Shown piece by piece: positions 29,367 through 39,850 of a stretch of DNA of 64,000 nucleotides; position 1 is the first letter of the stretch, and every line of letters begins with the position of its first letter. A program made the position numbers and the translations under genes. This stretch comes from Bacillota bacterium (lineage in GTDB: Bacteria > Bacillota > Ch66 > Ch109), in contig JBMNLH010000008.1 of assembly GCA_050952625.1 (NCBI GenBank), forward strand, positions 1 to 64,000, in the 5' to 3' direction. The notes under the pieces were generated by a model, which made no database searches, was not told the DNA's origin, and saw only the letters and a program-made list of their open reading frames with translations.

Positions 29367-30236
29367 CTATTCCTTTATTAACATAAGGTCATTAAGTTTT
29401 GCCCTAAATCTTTCCATAAAAAGATTGCATTTGCACAAGAATATATAATACAAATTCCGGGGAAGATCAGTACCGTACAGGGATTCAAAGTTGCCCAGCC
29501 CTTTGGCGATAATCAAATCAGCTTTCTCGAATATCCTAAGAAAATCAGGGGAACATTGTTCAAGTACGGTCCCGGGAATATCCGTTCCATTATTGATAAT
29601 TTTAGCGTAAGCATCTATCCCTACAAAATATGCATCTTCCTCTGTAGCATCGTTTATAACCGGTTTTCCACGAGTAGCGAAAATTACCTCCAGCTCAGGA
29701 TATTGCTTTTTAATGGTCCGGATAAACACCTTATCAAACACGATTTCTCCCGCATTATCTCCCAAGTAAAGGAGATGCCGGGTTTTCTTCAAATCGCTCT
29801 TTAATAAAACAAATACATCTTGATCGATGTCTTTCGTCATGGTTTCGCGGACTGTTTCGATTACCTTATCTCTGGATAAATCATACCCGGGTCCGAAATC
29901 AATAATGTTTCCGGCAGCAGACAACTTCAGGGCCGCTTGCAGACGGTCTCTGGCGGAAGCTACCAGGTTAAATAAATCGTCTTCCAGTTTAAGCATTTCC
30001 TGATTATAATAATGTTTTTGTTCTTGATAGGGATCGGGATTTTGTAACGCTTCTTTTAAAGCACGCTGAATTATCTGAGCCACGTATGGCGCGCTCGTAT
30101 TATCGTCAATAGCCGCTAGTTCCCGCATGATCCTTTTAACCAGATGGTGCCTTTGTTCTTCAGACTCCAAGTGAATTTTCGCCATTCTAACCGCTTGATT
30201 AATCAAACAGGGAAGGCAATCAATACTTAATCTCAT
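29367..30236 (-). CDS. DUF89/ARMT1-like metal-dependent damage-control phosphatase
   Basis: CLPC, AGNIIDFG, YLGDNAGEIVFD, INDAT, IAKG.GNFESL, KC. Confidence 0.88.
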   Translation of the reverse strand: MRLSIDCLPCLINQAVRMAKIHLESEEQRHHLVKRIMRELAAIDDNTSAPYVAQIIQRALKEALQNPDPYQEQKHYYNQEMLKLEDDLFNLVASARDRLQAALKLSAAGNIIDFGPGYDLSRDKVIETVRETMTKDIDQDVFVLLKSDLKKTRHLLYLGDNAGEIVFDKVFIRTIKKQYPELEVIFATRGKPVINDATEEDAYFVGIDAYAKIINNGTDIPGTVLEQCSPDFLRIFEKADLIIAKGLGNFESLYGTDLPRNLYYIFLCKCNLFMERFRAKLNDLMLIKE

Positions 30237-30342
30237 TTTATCTTCCTTTGCAATGAATTCCATACTTATTATGTCAATAAATGGACGAGAGCGGCCAAAT
30301 CGTTCCCCAATTCTAAAACTAAATTTTTGGATAGTTATACAG

Positions 30343-31089
30343 TTAATTATTCGGACTCAATAACTCCTGCATTTCGCCTGCCTGATAGCTTTGCCGGACC
30401 TCCTCAACCGTTTTGCCATCGCCTCCGGTTAAAACCTTTATTCCGACACTTTCCAAAGACATAAAGGCTTTACGGCCTATTTTTGGGGCAATAACTATCC
30501 CCACATTCTTTTGGAGCAAAACCTGAACAGCTCCGGTTCCAGCACCGCGAGCTGCTTCAGTGCCCGTGTTAGGTAGCACCTCATACTTGTTAGTGGCCGG
30601 GTCCCAGATCATAAAACAGGCACAGCGGCCAAACCTCTCGTCCACGGGGGAAGATGGGGATGTTCCGGTAGAACAAATCGCAATCTTTTTAGATGTGTTC
30701 TCGGTTTCTTTAGATTTATTAAATACTAAATCCTCTTGCCATCTAGCACATTGTTCATTCCCCATCAGATAACGTCCATGGCGTCGGCAAAAACCGCCCC
30801 CCAAACAATAATCCCCTCCCTCAATCCGGATAGCCTTCGCATTAGTCAGTGCTTCAGCTATTTTGTAGCGGGCATCGGTTAAAACCCGTTGAAAAGTAGG
30901 TCGGGAAACCTGCATGTGCCGGGCACATTTTTCTTGTTCCAAGCGCAACAAATCCTTTAAACGAATGGCCTCTAACTCTTCGACCTTAAGAATCACTTCT
31001 TGCAGATCCCCACTAGAAACACCCTGAGGTTTATATAAATTCACCTTGGGTTCATATTTCACCCGGCGGCATCTTGGTTCTCTAGGTAT
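30343..31089 (-). CDS. DUF134 (UPF0251) HTH protein fused to NifB/NifX-like domain
   Basis: (M)PREPRCRRV..EELEAIRLKD..MQVSRPTFQR..AIRIEGG + RFGRCACF; conserved N-terminus begins at ATA 31089. Confidence 0.85.
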   Translation of the reverse strand: MPREPRCRRVKYEPKVNLYKPQGVSSGDLQEVILKVEELEAIRLKDLLRLEQEKCARHMQVSRPTFQRVLTDARYKIAEALTNAKAIRIEGGDYCLGGGFCRRHGRYLMGNEQCARWQEDLVFNKSKETENTSKKIAICSTGTSPSSPVDERFGRCACFMIWDPATNKYEVLPNTGTEAARGAGTGAVQVLLQKNVGIVIAPKIGRKAFMSLESVGIKVLTGGDGKTVEEVRQSYQAGEMQELLSPNN

Positions 31090-31187
31090 GTTAATTAGCC
31101 CCTTTCCATTAAGTAAAAACCCGCACGCTTACTATCTTTTGTATTATTTTCAAAATCTTATGAGTGCAGAAATGAATAATTAGCAAT

Positions 31188-31228
31188 AAGTCCTGCTGTA
31201 AACTTATACATTTCCAACAGCAGGACTT
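31188..31228. terminator. Stem-loop/terminator after DUF59 gene
   Basis: AAGTCCTGCTG...CAGCAGGACTT inverted repeat. Confidence 0.5.
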
Positions 31229-31365
31229 CAACAATTAAATATTATCAAAGATTAAATCCGGGATTTATAATGTTCCTTGTTTAGCTTCACTCTTTTTATA
31301 AACTAAACTTCACTCTTTTCTAACAACGATCCTCTTCATTAATTGTTATGGTACAAGTATCTTTT

Positions 31366-31674
31366 TTACTTTCCCGGCTGCTGAAGGATTTGCTCAAGTT
31401 CTTTGGCCTGAACAAAATCACGAACACGGATATTAACCTCGTTCACTCCGGATACTTTTTTAGTTGCGCGTTGAATATCATCTGCCAATTTATAGGCCAT
31501 CGGGCAGACCGGCGAAGAGGGTCTAAAAGTCAGATCAACTTCGCCGCTTTCGTCAATGCTTATATCTTTCACCAGGCCCATGTCAATAATGTTCACGTTA
31601 GTTCCTGGATCAATAACCTGTTTTAAAGATTCAATTAACCTTTCCTTTATCTCGTTTTCTTTTTTATTTTCCAA
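31366..31674 (-). CDS. DUF59/SufT-like metal-sulfur cluster assembly factor
   Basis: LKQVIDP..VNIIDMGLV..CP. Confidence 0.85.
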   Translation of the reverse strand: MENKKENEIKERLIESLKQVIDPGTNVNIIDMGLVKDISIDESGEVDLTFRPSSPVCPMAYKLADDIQRATKKVSGVNEVNIRVRDFVQAKELEQILQQPGK

Positions 31675-31740
31675 TCAGGTTCACCCCTATTCCTTGGAAA
31701 ATACTAAATTCTCTAACCAGGCTAACTATAAGACAAATAT

Positions 31741-32079
31741 CTATACATGAGTCCAATCAAAAATTTCGACCTTATCCCCCAGCCTTTTTTTCAAACTCTC
31801 CAAAATAGTATCGAAATGCGGGCAAGGAAAACCAATTGGATTACCACGGCTGATGCAGGAGGCCAAAACAATGATCTCGGCTCCGGCTTTTTCCACCATG
31901 GTCTCAGCCCGGGTTATCGCCCGCTTGCCCGGACACCCGCCACAGGAAACAAAGCCTACTATTCGCACCGGGCCGGTCTCTTGAAAGACCATTTTTCCAT
32001 TGTCCGCAATCCGAAAATCAGTTCGTCCCTGACAAATATCCTCCGTTTGTTGGCAACGAATGATGCCCACCTTTTTCAA
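31741..32079 (-). CDS. CGGC-domain protein
   Basis: IIRCQQTEDIC, GFVSCGGCPG, CPH, WTH. Confidence 0.88.
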   Translation of the reverse strand: MKKVGIIRCQQTEDICQGRTDFRIADNGKMVFQETGPVRIVGFVSCGGCPGKRAITRAETMVEKAGAEIIVLASCISRGNPIGFPCPHFDTILESLKKRLGDKVEIFDWTHV

Positions 32080-32121
32080 CTCTACCCCCCCTTAATCTTT
32101 CAAAAGGCTTGCCAAGCCTTT

Positions 32122-32463
32122 TTAGTGATCACAGGTATTAGCTCCCGTGACTAAGGCGGCGTTTAAATAGTCTGCCACAATCTTTTCGGGATAATCTACC
32201 GGGGCCCCTACTACTACCTTAATCCCATTCATATTAAACAGCGTTTGAGCTCGACTACCCATTCCTCCAGCGATTATGACATTGGCTCCTAATTCAGCCA
32301 GCCATCTAGGTAAAACACCCGGCTCATGCGGAGGAGGAGTAAGCAGTTCCTGCTTAATAATAGTTTTCGTTTGTTCATCAACATCAACCAAGACAAATTG
32401 TTCGCAATGCCCAAAGTGCAGGCAAAGTTGCTTGTTAACAACTGGTATGGCTATCTTCATCAA
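32122..32463 (-). CDS. NifB/NifX-family cluster-binding protein
   Basis: HFGHC, PPHEPG, IAGGMG, NTCDH. Confidence 0.88.
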   Translation of the reverse strand: MMKIAIPVVNKQLCLHFGHCEQFVLVDVDEQTKTIIKQELLTPPPHEPGVLPRWLAELGANVIIAGGMGSRAQTLFNMNGIKVVVGAPVDYPEKIVADYLNAALVTGANTCDH

Positions 32464-32500
32464 TATCCGTCTCCTCTTAACTTTATCTTAACATTAACCA

Positions 32501-33364
32501 TTATATTTCAAGAATCTGCTGTAGGCTATCCCACATTTTTTTTATTTCTTGACTAATAGCTCCATCAGAATACTCGACAATACTTACCCCGGCTACCTGT
32601 GCCTTTGTCACATCGGAATCATAAGGCATCTTTCCCACCACCTGGACGTTTAATTGATTACAGACTTCTTCAATGTCCCTAGCCACGTCCTGGTTAATAT
32701 CTGCTTTATTAATACAGGCAACGGTTGGAATGTTGAAATGTTTAGTCAGGTCAACGATTCGCTGCAAATCATGCAAACCTGAAAGAGTAGGTTCGGTTAC
32801 GACCAAAACCAGGTCCGTGCCGGTAATAGAAGCAATAACCGGACAACCAATGCCAGGGGAACCGTCAGCAGCCAACAGCCAATGATTTTTATCTTCGGCC
32901 AAGTTTTTCGCCTTAGTTCGAACCAGGGTCACCAGCTTACCGGAGTTCTCCTCAGCAATGCCCAGTTGGGCATGCACCATCGGTCCATAGCGGGTATCGG
33001 AAACAAACCAGTGCCCGGCCAGATTCTCGTTAAACTCAATCGCGTCTACCGGACAGAAATGAACACAGGCCCCACAACCTTCACACGAAAGTTTATTAAT
33101 TATAAAATCATCGCTTATCGCCTCAAACCGGCAAACCTCAAGACACTGGCCACATTCAATGCATAGTTCTTTATCAATAAAAGCTGTTTTCCCGCTTTTA
33201 AACTCATGCTTTTCCAGCACCGTCGGCTTTAACACCAAATGGAGATCAGCAGCATCCACATCACAATCAGCCATCACCTTATTCTCGGCTAAAGCAGCAA
33301 AAGAAGCCACAATGCTGGTTTTTCCAGTCCCCCCCTTGCCACTTATAACCACCAGTTCCTTCAT
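32501..33364 (-). CDS. MinD-superfamily P-loop ATPase with inserted 2x[4Fe-4S] ferredoxin
   Basis: SGKGGTGKT, DCDVDA, two CxxCxxCxxxC, ENSGKLV, PGIGCP. Confidence 0.9.
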   Translation of the reverse strand: MKELVVISGKGGTGKTSIVASFAALAENKVMADCDVDAADLHLVLKPTVLEKHEFKSGKTAFIDKELCIECGQCLEVCRFEAISDDFIINKLSCEGCGACVHFCPVDAIEFNENLAGHWFVSDTRYGPMVHAQLGIAEENSGKLVTLVRTKAKNLAEDKNHWLLAADGSPGIGCPVIASITGTDLVLVVTEPTLSGLHDLQRIVDLTKHFNIPTVACINKADINQDVARDIEEVCNQLNVQVVGKMPYDSDVTKAQVAGVSIVEYSDGAISQEIKKMWDSLQQILEI

Positions 33365-33424
33365 AAACTTAACCCCCGTTCCACTTAACGCAGCTAAACC
33401 AGTTAAGCTTTTTTATCCTGAATT

Positions 33425-34264
33425 TTAGGGTAATAATGCCCCGGCCAGGATACTAAATTTTCCACTGTAGGACGGAATATTCTTTAAAACTAACCCCCCG
33501 GTCGAATAGGTCCTGGCTATTTCACGATCTTCTGGAATCTCCATAAGAATCGGAACACCTTCTTTAGAACAGTATTCCTGTACTCGTTCATCTCCCAGAT
33601 CAGCCCGATTAATAATCACGGCAAAGGGAATCCCCACTTCCCGAGCCATCTCCACGGCTAATTTTAGATCGTTCAATCCGAAAGGAGTTGGTTCAGTAAC
33701 TAAAAGGACAAAATCTGTTCCTTTTATCGCTTCAATCACTGGGCAAGATGTCCCTGGCGGCGAATCAATTATCGTAACACCAGCAGGACTAAACTTTTTC
33801 TTAACTTCCCTAATCAATGGCGGTGACATTGCTTCACCAACGCGTAATTTTCCGTGCGCGAAGTTTATTCCGTAAGCGGTACCCGTTTCCACTACCCCAA
33901 CCTCACGCGGGACCTCCTTGATCGCCCCCGGGGCGCAGACCTTGGTACACAAACCACACCCGTGACACAACTCCGGAAAGGTCAAAGTTTTTTTATTGAT
34001 ACAAACAATAGCACTAAACTGACAAAGATCCGAACAAATCCCGCATCCATCGCATTTAGACACATCCACTTCCGGAACCGGAAGCGAAACAGTGTAAGCG
34101 TTGCCCCACTTTGGCTGTAAAAATAAGTGACAATTTGGTTCCTCCACGTCACAATCCAGCAGGGTTACGTTTCGGTCGGCAAAATTAGCCAGATAGTAGG
34201 CCAAATTAGTGGCAATGGTTGTTTTTCCTGTTCCCCCTTTACCACTGGCAATAGCTATTTTCAT
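33425..34264 (-). CDS. MinD-superfamily P-loop ATPase with inserted ferredoxin (paralogue)
   Basis: SGKGGTGKT, DCDVEEPN, two CxxCxxCxxxC, PPGTSCP, VTEPTPFG. Confidence 0.9.
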   Translation of the reverse strand: MKIAIASGKGGTGKTTIATNLAYYLANFADRNVTLLDCDVEEPNCHLFLQPKWGNAYTVSLPVPEVDVSKCDGCGICSDLCQFSAIVCINKKTLTFPELCHGCGLCTKVCAPGAIKEVPREVGVVETGTAYGINFAHGKLRVGEAMSPPLIREVKKKFSPAGVTIIDSPPGTSCPVIEAIKGTDFVLLVTEPTPFGLNDLKLAVEMAREVGIPFAVIINRADLGDERVQEYCSKEGVPILMEIPEDREIARTYSTGGLVLKNIPSYSGKFSILAGALLP

Positions 34265-34347
34265 TGTTATGAACCATTCCTTTCGCTACGCTCAAGGCAC
34301 AAAACGATATGAAAATGTTTGGCATATTTTCTTCATCTTAAGGACGG

Positions 34348-34710
34348 TTACATCCAGTGTCCATCCACATTTGCCCCGGTCGATTTAACTAATTTTCCAC
34401 TTTTAAATTCGTCAACCGCCTCTTTAACGGTTCCGCTTTTTAATAAATAAATATCAATGCCTGCAGCATTTAAAGTTTGGTAGGCATTCGGCCCCATGTT
34501 ACCGGTAATAACTGCCTTAGCTCCTGAATCAGCTACGTTGCGGGCTGATTGAATCCCCGCCCCTTGAGCAGCCTGCAAATTTTGATTATTATCTACTACC
34601 TTGAAGGTATCCGTCTCTAAATCATAAATCAAAAATTGAGCCGCTCTCCCAAAACGTCGGTCGACTGGACTATCTAAGTTTTTACCTGAACAACTTACAG
34701 CAATTTTCAT
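34348..34710 (-). CDS. NifB/NifX-family cluster-binding protein
   Basis: RFGRA, GAGIQ, ITGNMGPNA, NVDGHW. Confidence 0.88.
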   Translation of the reverse strand: MKIAVSCSGKNLDSPVDRRFGRAAQFLIYDLETDTFKVVDNNQNLQAAQGAGIQSARNVADSGAKAVITGNMGPNAYQTLNAAGIDIYLLKSGTVKEAVDEFKSGKLVKSTGANVDGHWM

Positions 34711-34760
34711 TTCTTAACCCTCCTAAATAATTTTTTATTTTTGGCTGTTTATATAGTATT

Positions 34761-34809
34761 TGAGCATATGCCCATAATTATTCTACACCGAATTATGAGC
34801 ATATGTCAA
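34761..34809 (-). promoter_or_regulatory. Second copy of the operator-promoter at 29076-29124
   Basis: TGAGCATATGCCCA...ATTCTA...TGAGCATATGTCAA with identical spacing. Confidence 0.75.
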
Positions 34810-34970
34810 ATATTTTCTGGTCAGTATAACAAAATTCCAAGGTTATAGCGTAAAGTTCTTTCGGTTTAATTTAGCCTTCCTAAATCATCGTTGCACTAAA
34901 AAATCATGTAACCAAAATGTATAAATCTTGAAAGTATGTGACACTATATTGACAAGGAGGGCTGCATCAT

Positions 34971-35174
34971 ATGGAAATAAGCGCACGCAACCAACTAAAG
35001 GGTCGAATTAAAGATATTAAATCCGGTGGTATTTCCTCGGAAGTAATACTGGATGTAGGTGGGCAGGAAGTCTGTTCTACCATAACTACGGATTCTGTAA
35101 ATCGACTGGGGCTCAAAGTAGGCGATGAGGCCAGTGCCTTGATCAAGGCAAGTTCCGTAATGATAATGAAGTAA
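34971..35174 (+). CDS. mop: Mop/TOBE molybdate-tungstate-binding protein
   Basis: ISARNQLKG, ITTDSV..LGL, ALIKASSV. Confidence 0.9.
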   Translation: MEISARNQLKGRIKDIKSGGISSEVILDVGGQEVCSTITTDSVNRLGLKVGDEASALIKASSVMIMK

Positions 35175-35206
35175 AAAAGGCTTCCGATTACTTAAATTGT
35201 TAATAA

Positions 35207-35248
35207 AATTACCGCCTGAACAAATCTCTGCTTCGGGCGGTAATTATT
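35207..35248. terminator. Bidirectional terminator between convergent genes
   Basis: AATTACCGCCTGAA...TTCGGGCGGTAATT. Confidence 0.65.
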
Positions 35249-35314
35249 TATAAACTTAGTCATTAAGCCTTGCTGGGCCTTTGAAGAAGTTTAGGCATCA
35301 CGATCGTTCATTAT

Positions 35315-35916
35315 CTAACCGGCACACATTGTTACTAAAGGTATTCCCAAAAATTTCGCCACTTCCTGATCCCGAGAATTGCTGAAAATCTGGCTTGGGG
35401 TCCCAACTTGCCTGACTTTACCGCTTAAAATTACGCCAATTCGTCCGGCTAAAACCTCAGCTTCATAAAAATCATGGGTTACGTGAACAATAGTGCATCG
35501 ATAGTTCTCATGGATCTTTTTTAATTCCTGGCAAAGATTCTTTTTCGTATTGGGATCAAGCGCACTAAGGGGTTCGTCCATCAATAAAATTTTCGGTTTA
35601 AGAATCAATGCCCGGGCCAAGGAAATACGCTGTTGTTCTCCGCCGCTTAAGGTACCAGGAAAACGATGCATCAGATGAGCAACTCCCAGCATCTCCGCTA
35701 ATTCGTTAACATTCTGTTTGATTATCTTTACTGGTACCTTTCTAAGCTGGAGGCCAAAGGCAATGTTTTTATACACATTAAGGTGAGGAAAAAGAGAATA
35801 GTCTTGATAGACAAAGCCGATCCCCCGTTTTTCTGGCGGAATGTTTTCCGCATCCCTATTTTCTAAATAAATCTTTCCTTTTTTAGGACTGTAAAGCCCG
35901 GCAATTAATTCTAATA
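35315..35916 (-). pseudogene. ModC/WtpC-like ABC ATPase lacking the Walker A N-terminus
   Basis: VYQDYSLFPHL, LSGGEQQR, LMDEP, VTHD; cut by the IS1380 end. Confidence 0.8.
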
Positions 35917-37622
35917 CCTGAATCCGTGGCACACGAAAAAAACTTGTTTAAATTTTCCCCAAATCAGATATTCATGCGATCAATTCGCTAATATATGACT
36001 TTTAGTTTCAAACATAACAATTATAATTTTACAAGTTTTTTTCACTATCACTTGACCCAAATAATTTTCCCTAAAAAAGCAATAAATATTTAAACCCCTG
36101 ATTTTTTTCAAGTGCTATACGTTAGCCTATATATACGATATACGGTTGTGAGTATCTGCCTAAGTTAAAGCAGCATTTATGTTATTAAAAACCGACCACC
36201 ATGCGCACTGTTTTCCAAAACGTAGTTTCACCTGGCGGGAATGTTTTACTATATGGGCAGCCATTGTTATTAGGTTTTGGATAACCGTTCTGATTCTACG
36301 TCTTTGAGCTTTTTTCCGTAGTGGAACCATCTGATCAGGCAACTTAACTGTCATTTGACCCAGAATTCGCAATATGTTATAGGCTAAAGCAGCTAGATGC
36401 AGTACTAGGTTATTGGTAGCAAACTTACCACTAGGTAACCGTTCCAGGTCAAGATCTGTCTTCAGTTCACTATGAAACTGTTCGGAAGTTCCATGTTCAT
36501 GGTAGAGCCTTATGATATCTTTTTCGGGATCCGGCAATGATGTCCAGTAGGTATCTACTTCAATTTCGGGTAGTAAGAGTGTCTGCCCATTACTCAAGAT
36601 GGTTCTTTCAACTACTTGAAAAACTATACGGATTTCTTTATCAAGCATACTATTCTTTCGGTAAATGCTGCCAGTATACACGGTTTTTCCTTCGCGTGGG
36701 GTCTGTTTATCGCCATGTTTTTGAGCAGTTTTAAGCCATTCTTCGGGTTTTTCTTTTCGGAGATTCCGTTTGATTATGTAGTCGGTTTTAGTCTGTGAAT
36801 TTTCGAACATCATTATATTTTCGATGCTATCATTACCCGAATCCATTCTGACTAAAAGAGGAAGGGAACTCACCCTATTGGCGTACTGAATGCTATTTTT
36901 TAAAAAGACAGCTGTACCGTTTTGACAGTGATCCTTCCCTTCTCGGAATTCAAGATTGACTAAATAACCTTCCTGACCTAGGTAGGCGAAAATCGGAGCA
37001 AAACCATCAAAGCCCTTGTAGGTTCGTGAGGATCCCTCTTTCTTGGTTTTTGAGTTGTCAAATGGTGAAACGTCAACATCCAACGGCAAATAACAACGCT
37101 TGTTTTGACCATTTCCAAGTGTAATAGGAGTGAGGGGAGCCCCAACTTTATTGAGTAAATCCACAGATTCTTCCATAATAATTTTATCCCATCCTGATGT
37201 TGGAGCTGCCTGGTCCAAACGTTGCCTTAAGGTAGGGCTGGAAGGTACAGTATCAATGCCCATGGCATAAGCAAAGAAATCATCATCACGATACGCTTCA
37301 ATATGGTCAAAGTCATTTTTCCCGTGGCATAACAGTCCCACATAGGAAGACACTATATTGAAATGACTGATTTCAGGTTTTATGCATCCGGGTACATTCG
37401 TATTGGATAGTCGTTTTTTAAGTGAAGTTTTGTTCATCAAGTGACCAACCAAACTAAGTCCTGCAATCGGGGTAAGTATCTCATCAGAACGCTCGATAAT
37501 GAATCGCATCACAGACACCTCGGGTGAATTATTCGGAATATGTTTATCTCATCTAATCTTTATTATACTCTATTATGCTTCAATTATCGAGTGCTTTTAA
37601 GTTTTCGTGCCACGGATTCAGG
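35917..37622 (-). mobile_element. IS1380-family insertion sequence
   Basis: IRs CCTGAATCCGTGGCAC at both ends. Confidence 0.92.
36160..37518 (-). CDS. IS1380 transposase
   Basis: PSSPTLRQRL, LDVDVSP, RMDSG, YHEHGTSEQFHSELK. Confidence 0.92.
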   Translation of the reverse strand: MSVMRFIIERSDEILTPIAGLSLVGHLMNKTSLKKRLSNTNVPGCIKPEISHFNIVSSYVGLLCHGKNDFDHIEAYRDDDFFAYAMGIDTVPSSPTLRQRLDQAAPTSGWDKIIMEESVDLLNKVGAPLTPITLGNGQNKRCYLPLDVDVSPFDNSKTKKEGSSRTYKGFDGFAPIFAYLGQEGYLVNLEFREGKDHCQNGTAVFLKNSIQYANRVSSLPLLVRMDSGNDSIENIMMFENSQTKTDYIIKRNLRKEKPEEWLKTAQKHGDKQTPREGKTVYTGSIYRKNSMLDKEIRIVFQVVERTILSNGQTLLLPEIEVDTYWTSLPDPEKDIIRLYHEHGTSEQFHSELKTDLDLERLPSGKFATNNLVLHLAALAYNILRILGQMTVKLPDQMVPLRKKAQRRRIRTVIQNLITMAAHIVKHSRQVKLRFGKQCAWWSVFNNINAALT

Positions 37623-37750
37623 TAATGGCACTAAGTGCTTAATTCTCATGATCAAAACGCACGGAAATATTTGCGGCATGTCACTTATAGATAGCATTGC
37701 TCTATATGAGTTTGCTAAATAAAACTAAAGATATGAAAGGAGAGACACAA

Positions 37751-38323
37751 ATGTCAAAAGACACAACTACATCAAATATGAATCTTCGCATGACCGTCTA
37801 TGTTGCGCTGTTTACTTCACTTATTATTATTGGTGGCTACATAAGCGTACCTATTCCTGTCGGGCCTGTTCCAATTATATTAGCTGATTTCTTCGTTATG
37901 GTAACCGGGCTTTTTCTCGGGTTTAAATGGGGATTGACAAGCGTTGCTCTATATCTGAGCTTGGGAGCACTTGGTTTGCCCGTCTTTTCGAGTGGCACAT
38001 CTGGTCTGGCAGTTCTTTTCGGTCCGACCGGCGGTTACTTGTTTGGTTATTTACTGGTAGCGGCTTCTGTGGGTTTTATTTCAAGCAGAGGGCAACAGTC
38101 TATGGTAACGAATCTGCTAGCTTTAGTCGTCGGCAATATACTCTTATATGTTATTGGTGTGCCGTGTCTTAAAATAGTGATGAATTTAGGTTGGGCTGGT
38201 GCATTGGCGGCAGGATTAACCCCATTTATACCGGGTATTATCATCAAGATAATCGTTGCTTCTGCTATGGGTCGTGTGCTCCTACCTCGCTTTAAACAAG
38301 CATTAGCTTCTGCTTCTATTTAG
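37751..38323 (+). CDS. bioY: Biotin ECF S-component BioY
   Basis: PVPI, LGALGLPVFS, GPTGGYLFG. Confidence 0.9.
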   Translation: MSKDTTTSNMNLRMTVYVALFTSLIIIGGYISVPIPVGPVPIILADFFVMVTGLFLGFKWGLTSVALYLSLGALGLPVFSSGTSGLAVLFGPTGGYLFGYLLVAASVGFISSRGQQSMVTNLLALVVGNILLYVIGVPCLKIVMNLGWAGALAAGLTPFIPGIIIKIIVASAMGRVLLPRFKQALASASI

Positions 38324-38346
38324 TAAATACTAGGGGGTTAAGCCGG

Positions 38347-39096
38347 ATGCCAATTTTGGAAACCCAAAATTTAACCCATGTTTTTCCAGATGGCACCGTA
38401 GCCATTCAAAATATAAGTTTAAGGATCAATGATGGAGAATTTGTCGTCATTGCAGGAGCTAATGGGTCAGGAAAAACAGTCTTTGCCCGACACCTTAACG
38501 GCTTGCTAAAACCCACAAAAGGAAAAGTGTTTATCGACGGAAAACCGATAAACAAAAATATAGTTGAAGCAAGAAAAAAAATCGGGCTGGTTTTTCAAGA
38601 TTCCGATAGTCAAATTGTTGGACAAACTGTAGCCGAGGACATTGCTTTTGGTCCTGAAAATCTCAATCTGCCAGTAGCCCAAGTTGAAACTATTGTCAAA
38701 GAATCATTGGAAGTAGTTGGATTAAGCCAATTCTCCACTCAAAATCCGCACGCCCTATCCGGTGGACAAAAGAGAAAGCTTGCAATTGCAGGAATACTCG
38801 CGATGAAGCCCAAAATCATTATATTTGATGAACCCTTTACAGGGCTTGACTATCCCGGCGTATTGCAGATCCTTAGACAAATTTTACAACTCCATAAAAT
38901 GGGAAAAACAATACTTTTGATAACACATGAACTTGAAAAGGTACTAGCGCATGCTGATAGATTAGTAATAATTCATAAGGGAAAGTTGGTTGAGGACGGA
39001 AAACCAGAAGATGTAATTTACCGTTCTGAAAGCTACGGTGTAAGAATGCCCCTTAGTAATGGAGAGAGGATTAATTCAATGACATGGCTGAAATGA
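38347..39096 (+). CDS. ECF transporter ATPase (EcfA/BioM)
   Basis: GANGSGKT, VFQDSDSQ, LSGGQKR, DEPFTGLD. Confidence 0.9.
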   Translation: MPILETQNLTHVFPDGTVAIQNISLRINDGEFVVIAGANGSGKTVFARHLNGLLKPTKGKVFIDGKPINKNIVEARKKIGLVFQDSDSQIVGQTVAEDIAFGPENLNLPVAQVETIVKESLEVVGLSQFSTQNPHALSGGQKRKLAIAGILAMKPKIIIFDEPFTGLDYPGVLQILRQILQLHKMGKTILLITHELEKVLAHADRLVIIHKGKLVEDGKPEDVIYRSESYGVRMPLSNGERINSMTWLK

Positions 39097-39850
39097 CGTT
39101 TTTTCACTACATACACAAGGATACAGTATTGCACAGGATGGACGGCAGACTAAAGCTTTCATGTGTATGTAGTTGCTCAGCTTGTCAGCCAGTTTTGCCT
39201 CCCAGTTGGACCACACTACTTAGTGCCGTTGTTTGTTGTCATTATCGCTTTACTGACAGCAAAGCTGCCTATTACAGGCATTGTTAAAGGATATGAAATT
39301 TTTTGGAATAATAATCTTAATTGTAATTCTGGTTCACGCCTTCAACACACCCGGCGATCCAATTCCAAACTTCCCTATCACCAGCATTTCCATACAAGGA
39401 GCTTATTACCGGATTACGCTTTGCAGGGCGGTTAACCATTATCATCATGGTTTGTGCTGTTATAACCGGGACAACACCTTTAATCACATATCCGAAAAGT
39501 TATTGAATGGTGCTTACGCCCTATTCCTTTTGTCCCCGAGGTAAGAATAGCCACCATGATAAAGCTGACTTTCATGCGTTGATACCCGTTATCCTTGACA
39601 ATCTTGCTGAGATGATGAACGCGCAAAAAGTCTCGTTGTGTAGAGTTGAGAAAAAACCCCATCAAGCGAATAAACTTTATAGTTTTTCCGCTTCTTCAGC
39701 CAGACTCTCCGAAGAGCCGATGAAATAGCATATGCAATGGAATCAAGGTGTTATTCAGAAGTACGAACAAAGGCGGTTTTTAAAAGCAATAAAATAGACT
39801 GGCTCCTGCTTGCGGTTTGCATCTCAGTCTTGTTATTTGTTGTCCTGTAG
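39084..39850 (+). pseudogene. ECF T-component (EcfT/BioN) with several frameshifts
   Basis: LHRMDGRLKL N-terminus and AMESRCY C-terminal motif spread over several frames. Confidence 0.8.

Noticed and set aside
32122-34710. Nitrogen-fixation cluster
   Set aside because: Only NifX-like domains are present; no nifHDKENB genes
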